Source of the DNA: Chloroflexota bacterium
GTDB lineage: Bacteria; Chloroflexota; Anaerolineae; Anaerolineales; UBA11858
Assembly (NCBI GenBank): GCA_018648225.1
Contig: JABGRQ010000199.1
Span: 6,606-70,605, forward strand
Reading direction: 5' to 3'
Length of the DNA: 64,000 bases
Made by a program: the position numbers and the translations under genes. Below, one piece after another: positions 30,802 through 37,433 of the stretch. Within the stretch, counting starts at the first letter, position 1. Every line of letters begins with the position of its first letter. The notes beneath the pieces are model-generated. The model did not search any database. It was not told the origin of the DNA and was given only the letters and a program-made list of their open reading frames with translations.

Positions 30802-30885
30802 AGCATAAGTCCTAAAATTCAATTCCTGAATTATAACCGCGGGCGTCCACAGGTCAAGATACGGGTATAATCTGAATGCAAAAGC

Positions 30886-30921
30886 AGGAGGGGTGGACAT
30901 GCAAGTCCACCCCTCCTTTTT
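30886..30921 (+). terminator. terminator/attenuator-like hairpin in divergent intergenic region
   Basis: AGGAGGGGTGGAC ATGCAA GTCCACCCCTCCT followed by TTTT. A TATAAT hexamer lies at 30866-30871. Confidence 0.5.
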
Positions 30922-30971
30922 GAGCAAAGATATACCCTATCAGATAGACACACCCGCGAAAGACAATCCTC

Positions 30972-32009
30972 ATGATTAACCACATTGCACCTAATTTGCG
31001 TAAGCCACTCGCCCTGTTATTTGATATCGCCGGGATCATGCTCATCTTTGGCGTGCTGAAACTTGATTTGATTTACAACCCCGCCGGGAGTTATGGCATC
31101 GGGGCGATGCAAATCGCCGGGGTGGTGGCCGGTTTCGTGGCCGTCATTTTTAGCAGTTTCATCAACCCTCGCGAGGCGCGCTACACAAAATTCGCCAGCG
31201 CGGTTGCCTTCGGCATCAGTGTTCTTTTGCTGCTTATCAACTTCAGCGGCGTGCTGATTCCGCTGCGCAATCCAGCAGTATATGATGAAATCGAGTATGC
31301 AGGCAAACAGCGCACAGCACAATACGCCCCCCAGGAAGTTTACACCCAAATGAACCGCGACGTGGCGATTGACGAACAGTATCCCGAATATGTTAAACGC
31401 CTGACGCAGCTCATTTTCGATGGCACGGTGCATTACTGGCCGGAGAGCGGCGACCCGGCTTTCCGATTGCGCGTACCACTGCGCGAAAATTACCTGATCT
31501 TCTTCGATCAAATATTACGCGGCGAGCGCGCCAATTACGAATTCTGCCGCGCCGAACGCGCCATCGAGCGAGCAACTTCAGTATGCTCACAATCTTCCAA
31601 AATGCTGGCCGATATTCTGGGCCGCAACCGCGTTAAAGCCCATATCGTCGGGCTGGAGGGACATGTGGTAACACGCGCCCGCGTGGATAATGAAAACGAC
31701 ATTTGGTGGATTTTAGATGCCGACTACGGGGTGGTCGTGGAGCATGATATAGATGCCATCGAAGCCGATCCTGAGCGAATTCGCCCCTTCTACGCGGCCC
31801 AGGGGTATAACGATGCGGTGATTGATATTTTGGTGGGAATCTACGGCCCCGAGGGGAATCAGACGATTGACGAGAATCTACAATGCGAGGGGGAGGATCA
31901 CTATTACCTGCTCAAGTGGCTGCTCCCCGTTGTGGGGCTGATCCCGCTCCCGCTGCATATTCTGATCGCCTGGGCGCGCGGGAAAAAAGTTCATCCTGAA
32001 AAAAACTAA
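30972..32009 (+). CDS. membrane-anchored hypothetical protein with possible transglutaminase/papain-like Cys-His-Asp core
   Basis: Besides the truncated yhhQ at the window edge, the only plus-strand gene. Hydrophobic segments at the N-terminus and the extreme C-terminus. SVCSQSSKMLADILGRNRVKAHIVGLEGHVVTRARVDNENDIWWILDADYG. No obvious RBS. Confidence 0.55.
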   Translation: MINHIAPNLRKPLALLFDIAGIMLIFGVLKLDLIYNPAGSYGIGAMQIAGVVAGFVAVIFSSFINPREARYTKFASAVAFGISVLLLLINFSGVLIPLRNPAVYDEIEYAGKQRTAQYAPQEVYTQMNRDVAIDEQYPEYVKRLTQLIFDGTVHYWPESGDPAFRLRVPLRENYLIFFDQILRGERANYEFCRAERAIERATSVCSQSSKMLADILGRNRVKAHIVGLEGHVVTRARVDNENDIWWILDADYGVVVEHDIDAIEADPERIRPFYAAQGYNDAVIDILVGIYGPEGNQTIDENLQCEGEDHYYLLKWLLPVVGLIPLPLHILIAWARGKKVHPEKN

Positions 32010-32249
32010 CCACAAAGACACGAAGGCCACAGAGATTTTTTGTTTTTCTGTAATAATCAAGAATAGCTTGAACACTTTGCTTGCCGATGGCACGTCACCG
32101 CGTAGCGTGAACGGAGTGACACTTGCGCCTGCGCTAGACCCTTCGCATTCGCTCAGGGTGACGATCAAATTTTTAGACATACTGTTCAAGCTTCTGTTGA
32201 CCAATACAGATTTTTTGTTTTTCTCTGTGTTCTCCGTGTCTCTGTGGTT
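32008..32249. repeat. R-family hairpin (copy 7) split by a 158-nt insertion with 17-nt duplication
   Basis: Arms at 32008-32034 and 32223-32249. AGATTTTTTGTTTTTCT occurs at both 32033-32049 and 32208-32224. The insert has 10-bp inverted ends AGCTTGAACA / TGTTCAAGCT. Confidence 0.8.
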
Positions 32250-32259
32250 AAGTTCTATA

Positions 32260-33672
32260 TCAATCTACGATCTTATAGTCGGCGACGCGCTGTTCGAGTT
32301 CATTCCATACATCCACAGGGGGATGCCCGGCGGAAAGATTCTCGGCGATGAAGCGCCCCATATCCACGCAGTGATCGGAGTTGTTGTAGTTATACATGCC
32401 GATGCGCCCGGTTAGCAATAAATTTTCGGTTTCCTGCAACTGATTACTAACCTGCTTCATCTTCTCAACATAGGTTAGATCGTAACGGGGGTAAAAATTG
32501 CGCGTCCGCGTGACGTAATATCTGCTAACATCTTCTTCTTTTAGGAAACCGCCCTCAACCAAGCCTTCAATGGTTTTCTGGGCCAGTTCTTCGTCGCTGG
32601 CCTGCCACTGCCAGCTATCTTCGTTGCAGGTGAAATCGCAGGCTATCGCCGTACGGCCAGCGGGCCCCAGTTCGGGATTCATCTGCTTTTGTTCAAAGAT
32701 GCGGCTGAAAATATACTCGCGCTCGGGGAAGAAAATCCACTGATCTTCAAGCAAAAGATCTTTTTCGGCGAAAATATACACCAGCACCAGATGACGGAAC
32801 GCTAACTCGTCGATCGATGGCAAAACAGCAGCGTCCGAGCCAAAGAGCAAACGCCCCAGCACGGGCAGAGGAATGGATGAGACAAGATAATCGATCTCAA
32901 ATTCGGCAGGCTTACCAGCCACCGTGCCGCTCACGGCAGTGATTTTTGCGCCGTCGCGCGCCAACTCGCGCACATCGGCATTGACAATCACCTGCCCGCC
33001 GCTGGCTTCAATCATTTCCACCATCGCCTGAGGCAGATCGCCAAATCCGGCGCGCGGGTAGTAGAAGAATTCGGCGTTGGTTTCGGCAGTCTCTTTTTTG
33101 ATGCCCAACAGTTTGAGAATCACTTCGATGCCACCCGAGGCGGGGACGCGTGCCCGCGCCATCTCGGGGTGCAGGGTGTTGGGGCCGCCCCAGACTTTGT
33201 CGGCCAGGGGTTCGAAAACTAATTCGTAGGCAGGCCGCCCAAAACGCTGGATCATATATTCTTCATAGCTCTTCGGGGTTGGACTTCCTAAAATGCCACG
33301 CGCCAACTCCAGGGCGTAGCCCAGTCCCAGCCGTATAAAGGTGCCAAATCCCAGCACTTTCGCCAGATTCCCCAATTTAAGCGGGTAATCCACCAAATGT
33401 CCCCGCAGAAACAGGCGGTTCTTTTTGGGCAGGGTCAGCAGACGGTCGCCCATCAGGGTTTGGATTTCATCCAGCACGCCGGGGATGACGGAGTAAATTT
33501 TGTGCGCCCCATAGTCAAGGGTGAAACCGTCGTGCTCAAAGCTGGCACACAACCCGCCGGTTACGCGGGCCTTCTCTAAAACGGTAACTTCATATTTTCC
33601 AGTTTTGGCGAGGAAATAACCCGCCGAAAGTCCGCCGATACCGGCGCCAAGTACAACAATTTTTTCTTTCAT
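32260..33672 (-). CDS. NAD(P)/FAD-dependent oxidoreductase (amine-oxidase / UDP-galactopyranose-mutase-like fold)
   Basis: MKEKIVVLGAGIGGLSAGYFLAKTGKYEVTVLEK dinucleotide-binding motif. Confidence 0.75.
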   Translation of the reverse strand: MKEKIVVLGAGIGGLSAGYFLAKTGKYEVTVLEKARVTGGLCASFEHDGFTLDYGAHKIYSVIPGVLDEIQTLMGDRLLTLPKKNRLFLRGHLVDYPLKLGNLAKVLGFGTFIRLGLGYALELARGILGSPTPKSYEEYMIQRFGRPAYELVFEPLADKVWGGPNTLHPEMARARVPASGGIEVILKLLGIKKETAETNAEFFYYPRAGFGDLPQAMVEMIEASGGQVIVNADVRELARDGAKITAVSGTVAGKPAEFEIDYLVSSIPLPVLGRLLFGSDAAVLPSIDELAFRHLVLVYIFAEKDLLLEDQWIFFPEREYIFSRIFEQKQMNPELGPAGRTAIACDFTCNEDSWQWQASDEELAQKTIEGLVEGGFLKEEDVSRYYVTRTRNFYPRYDLTYVEKMKQVSNQLQETENLLLTGRIGMYNYNNSDHCVDMGRFIAENLSAGHPPVDVWNELEQRVADYKIVD

Positions 33673-33688
33673 AGTATCCAAATTTTTA

Positions 33689-33750
33689 ACCACAGATGAA
33701 CGCAAATGAACGCTGATTTTTTATCCGCGTTTATCGGCGTTCATCTGCGG
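33689..33750. repeat. U-family composite hairpin, copy 2
   Basis: ACCACAGATGAACGCAAATGAACGCTGAT TTTTT ATCCGCGTTTATCGGCGTTCATCTGCGG. Confidence 0.85.
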
Positions 33751-33758
33751 TTTCCTTC

Positions 33759-34697
33759 TTATTTTATTTCTGGTTGGGCGATGACAAGGATTTGGCCCAT
33801 CCAATAGGGGATTTGTAAATGTTCGATGTGCAGGGCTTTGACGATTTTGGTGCCCAGCTTGGAAAGCCAGGGGATATACGGTCCCATACGGAAAAGGATA
33901 TAACCCAGCTCGAGGCTTTGCCAGTGCAATTTGATGCGCCGGGTGGAGAAGCCGCTGGCGGCGAGCATCTTTTGGATGGTCTCGCGGGTGAAGTAGTAGA
34001 GATGCACCGAGAGCAGGAAAACCCACCTGCGCCCCATGAGACGCGAGACCAGGGCGGCGATGTCGGGGTAATTGACAACCAGGACACCATCGGGTTTGAG
34101 CACGCGGCGGCATTCGGCGAGTACAGCTTTGGGGTCGGGGGTGTGTTCGAGGACATCCCACAGGGTGAGTACATCAAAACTGTTGTCGGCGAGTTCCATA
34201 TCGTTCATGGTTCCGGCCTGAATTTCGATGCCGTAGTGCTGACTGCCCCATTCGGCCATCCACTTGTTGGGTTCGCAGCCCGCTACTTCCCAGCCAAGGC
34301 GATGGGCAACGCCGAGGAAAGCGCCGCCTGCGGTGCCAACATCGAGGATGCGGCCGCGTTGGGGTTTGTATTTCTCGATAAGATTGAGTGATTTAGCGAA
34401 GGTGATCTCGCGACCTTTATTCTGCGAGATGAAGGCTTCGTCGGTGCCTTCACTGTATCCGGTGATAACCACGTCGCTCTTCAAGCGCGGGGTCAGGTAC
34501 TGCAATCCGCATTGGTTGCAGCGCACGAGTTGATCAACCAGAATTTCATCGCCCGATGAGCGGAAGGTTTCCAGGATATCATCGGGGCGGGCATCTTCGT
34601 AGCGCGGGGGGTAGACAACTTCGAAGTCGTCCGCGCCGCACAGGTTGCAGGGGACATCTTCGAGCAGGGCTTGATATTGTTCATACGAGTTTGTCAT
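33759..34697 (-). CDS. class I SAM-dependent methyltransferase with N-terminal Cys4 ribbon
   Basis: CNLCGADD...CNQCGLQYLTPR, ILDVGTAGGAFL, FDVLTLWDVLEH. Confidence 0.8.
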   Translation of the reverse strand: MTNSYEQYQALLEDVPCNLCGADDFEVVYPPRYEDARPDDILETFRSSGDEILVDQLVRCNQCGLQYLTPRLKSDVVITGYSEGTDEAFISQNKGREITFAKSLNLIEKYKPQRGRILDVGTAGGAFLGVAHRLGWEVAGCEPNKWMAEWGSQHYGIEIQAGTMNDMELADNSFDVLTLWDVLEHTPDPKAVLAECRRVLKPDGVLVVNYPDIAALVSRLMGRRWVFLLSVHLYYFTRETIQKMLAASGFSTRRIKLHWQSLELGYILFRMGPYIPWLSKLGTKIVKALHIEHLQIPYWMGQILVIAQPEIK

Positions 34698-34733
34698 AAT
34701 TTCCTTCTATAAGTACCAGAACCCCCATCCCGG

Positions 34734-34794
34734 CCCTCCCCCGCAACGAGGGAGGGGTACCGGCATTCTTCGCCCTTCCATTTAGGGAAGGGGC
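34734..34794. repeat. two short GC-rich hairpins
   Basis: CCCTCCC CCGCAACGA GGGAGGG and CCCTTCC ATTTAG GGAAGGG. Confidence 0.6.
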
Positions 34795-34814
34795 TATAGG
34801 GGATGGATCGGCAG

Positions 34815-35711
34815 TTATTTTCTCTGCATAATTTGTTTGAGCTGCCGGAAACGCGTATTGACGGCGTTCAGCACCAGTCCCAATCCAAAGGATGATGCGC
34901 TTAAGAGTGCCAGCAACGCGCTGTAGATCAATAGGGATAGATTCCCCGCCAGAGTCAGCGCCAGCAGCACCAAAGCCGCCAATAATAACACAAAAGCAAG
35001 CAACCCGAAGACACGCAGTGGATTATGATCGCGCAGCAATATCGCCGCGGTGAGCATAATGCGATAACCATCGCGCACAGCATTAAGTTTGGAATGACTA
35101 TCGGCAGGGCGGCTGCGGTACGAGATCGGCATTTCGATGATTTCCATACCCTCTTCCAGGGCTTGCAGGGTCATCTCGGTTTCGGTCTCGAAGCCCGGCG
35201 TCAACAGGGGGACATTTTGCACAAAACGACGGCTGAAAACGCGGTAGCCGGAGAGAATATCGCGGTAGCGCGTCCGAAACATAAAATTGATACTCCACAC
35301 AATCAGCCGGTTGCCCAAATGACGGTGCCAGCGCATATTCTCATCAGAAGCCGTCGGCAGGCGGTCGCCGACGACCATATCCACGTTGCCGCTCAAGACC
35401 GGCTCCAGCAATTTATGCACATCTTCCGCAAAATAAGTTCCATCGCCATCTGCCATTACCAATGCGTCGACCACAACAATTTCAAAGGCTTTCTGGATTA
35501 CATATCCTTTGCCTTGTTTACGGACCGAATGCACAATCGCCCCGGCTTCGGCGGCTAGCTTTGCGCTGTCATCGCTGGAATTATTGTCAAAGACATGAAT
35601 TTCAGCGTCGGGCAGTTGGGCGCGGAAATCGGCGATGACCTGTTGAATGGTAATCGCTTCGTTATAGCAGGGAAGGACAACGGCAATATGCAGGGTTTGG
35701 TTTTTAGTCAT
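34815..35711 (-). CDS. GT2 polyprenyl-phosphate sugar synthase-like (DPM1/GtrB-like) with C-terminal TM helices
   Basis: IAVVLPCYNEAITI...VFDNNSSDDS...MADGDGTY...hydrophobic LLAFVLLLAALVLLAL tail. Confidence 0.75.
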   Translation of the reverse strand: MTKNQTLHIAVVLPCYNEAITIQQVIADFRAQLPDAEIHVFDNNSSDDSAKLAAEAGAIVHSVRKQGKGYVIQKAFEIVVVDALVMADGDGTYFAEDVHKLLEPVLSGNVDMVVGDRLPTASDENMRWHRHLGNRLIVWSINFMFRTRYRDILSGYRVFSRRFVQNVPLLTPGFETETEMTLQALEEGMEIIEMPISYRSRPADSHSKLNAVRDGYRIMLTAAILLRDHNPLRVFGLLAFVLLLAALVLLALTLAGNLSLLIYSALLALLSASSFGLGLVLNAVNTRFRQLKQIMQRK

Positions 35712-35725
35712 TTTATAAGATTCTC

Positions 35726-35806
35726 AACGCAAGGACGCAAAGGGACGCAGGCGCAGAGATTTGCTTTATTTTCCTTTGCGTCTCTGCAGCTTTGCGCCTT
35801 TGCGTT
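35726..35806. repeat. Q-family composite hairpin (CGCAAAG units), copy 1
   Basis: AACGCAAGGACGCAAAGGGACGCAGGCGCAGAG - loop - CCTTTGCGTCTCTGCAGCTTTGCGCCTTTGCGTT. Confidence 0.85.
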
Positions 35807-35817
35807 AATTAGGCCCT

Positions 35818-37314
35818 TCATGGATTCGTCTTTCGGTCAAGCCATTTTAGCACGAGAGCGCGGTACGGCACCATCTCCATTTTCGTCTCAAAGCGGCGGC
35901 GGAGAAAATTCCACGCCTGACGGATGATTTTGCCGGGGTAATGGCGCAGTTTCCACAACAAGAAGGCCCCGTACAGTCGCAAACGGAATTTACTCAAGTC
36001 TTCGTAATCATCGCGCCAGGTGGGGGTGAAATTCATATCCGAGAGCGACTCGTAACCACGAAACTCATCGAAAATTGCCGAACCCGGCACGGGCGTGATA
36101 ATGAACAGGGCGATCTCGTCCACGCCTTTGCGCGTCAGGTCGTGTACCATCTCCCAAGTCATCTGCAAATCTTCGGCGGTTTCACCGGGGAAACCCAACA
36201 CAAAGCAGGCCTGCGAGCGGATGCCCACCTGATTCATGCGCCGCACCAAGCGCACGGCATGATCCAAATCAAAGGGTTTGCGCATCAACTTTAGCACGCG
36301 CGGCGAGCCGGTCTCCGGCGAGATCGAAATATAGCGGCAGCCTGCCTGCGCCATCAGGTCAAGCGTTTCTTCGCTACGGATCGTTTCGACCTTCGTCCCG
36401 GCGACGATCTTCCAGGTGATTTTCAGACCGCGGCGCAAAATCTCGGCGCACATCTCGCGAATACGCGCGTCCGAAATCGTGGGGTCAACATCTTCAATAT
36501 GAAACTCGCTCACACCAAACATCTTGACGTGATGCTCCATCTCGTCCACAACGTTGACCGCCGAGCGCGCCCGCCATTTTTGGCCGTTGGTCGCCGGAAC
36601 CACGCAAAAGCGGCACGGATACGGACAGCCGCGCGAGGTCAGCAGAGGCAGATAGCGATTATCATGCTGCGGCCCGTGGGCGAAACGCAAATTCCAGTAA
36701 TTATCGATGGGAAATAAATCCCAGGCCGGAAAAGGGAGCGAGTCCAAATCCTGAATAAATTCTTTCGGGGGATTATAAAAGGACGCGCTACCCAGGCCCG
36801 CGAGTTGATTCAGTTCGCCGGGTGGATTCTGCGCCTCCAGGTGACGCGCCAAAATTACAGCCGCGCGCTCCGACTCGCCTGTGAGCACATAATCGGCTCC
36901 GGCATCGAAGAAAACCTGTCGCACATGCTCCAAGGCATAGGCTGTAACGGCCTGCGTATTCTCCAGAATCACGACGGGCAAATCCGGGCGTTCGCGTTTG
37001 ACGGCCCGCAAAATATTTTCGCTGGCAATATGATTGGTCAGGTTAATGGCGAAAAGAAAGACCAGCCCGGCATCCGCGGGGATGCGCGCCAAAACTTCAT
37101 CATCCGTCAAACCCATCAGGGTGAATTTTTCGCTGCGACGCGCCTGGCGCGGGTCTTCGGCAAAAGCATCAATCACCTGCACAGGTAGACCGGCTTCACG
37201 CAGCGCGGCAGCCGTATAGGCCAGCCCGATGGGCATGTAAACAATCCCCGTGGTGAAGGGATCATTACGCTGAACAACAAGGTTGGGGTTGATGAGGATG
37301 ATCGGTTTCTTCAT
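35818..37314 (-). CDS. B12-binding-domain radical SAM protein
   Basis: N-terminal Rossmann-like MPIGLAYTAAALREAGLPVQVIDA, and the LLTSRGCPYPCRFC CxxxCxxC cluster. Confidence 0.8.
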   Translation of the reverse strand: MKKPIILINPNLVVQRNDPFTTGIVYMPIGLAYTAAALREAGLPVQVIDAFAEDPRQARRSEKFTLMGLTDDEVLARIPADAGLVFLFAINLTNHIASENILRAVKRERPDLPVVILENTQAVTAYALEHVRQVFFDAGADYVLTGESERAAVILARHLEAQNPPGELNQLAGLGSASFYNPPKEFIQDLDSLPFPAWDLFPIDNYWNLRFAHGPQHDNRYLPLLTSRGCPYPCRFCVVPATNGQKWRARSAVNVVDEMEHHVKMFGVSEFHIEDVDPTISDARIREMCAEILRRGLKITWKIVAGTKVETIRSEETLDLMAQAGCRYISISPETGSPRVLKLMRKPFDLDHAVRLVRRMNQVGIRSQACFVLGFPGETAEDLQMTWEMVHDLTRKGVDEIALFIITPVPGSAIFDEFRGYESLSDMNFTPTWRDDYEDLSKFRLRLYGAFLLWKLRHYPGKIIRQAWNFLRRRFETKMEMVPYRALVLKWLDRKTNP

Positions 37315-37327
37315 AAAATACAAGCGC

Positions 37328-37428
37328 AACGCAATACCCCAAAGGGCACAGGTGGCGCAAAGGTGCTAAGTCGCGAAGCGCTTTTTATTTTCTTCTTTTG
37401 CATCTTTGCTCCTTAGCGGCTTTGCGTT
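37328..37428. repeat. Q-family composite hairpin, copy 2, with conserved 22-nt box
   Basis: AACGCAATACCCCAAAGGGCAC ... GGCGCAAAGG ... GCGGCTTTGCGTT. Confidence 0.8.
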
Positions 37429-37433
37429 AAAAA

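Noticed and set aside
30802-30927. The longer 202-aa version of the regulator, and other first-start ORF extensions (1113-2570, 2624-3568, 45182-46420, 49491-50690, 62964-63638 and others).
   Set aside because: The extensions run through intergenic hairpin repeats or a terminator-like stem, and encode repeat-derived peptides. Internal ATG codons align with family N-termini and often have GGAG-type ribosome-binding sites.
33721-34177. Alternative-frame minus-strand ORFs (33721-34161, 33764-34177) inside the methyltransferase gene.
   Set aside because: They give P/R/S-rich, low-complexity translations and overlap, in a different frame, a CDS with clear SAM-methyltransferase motifs.
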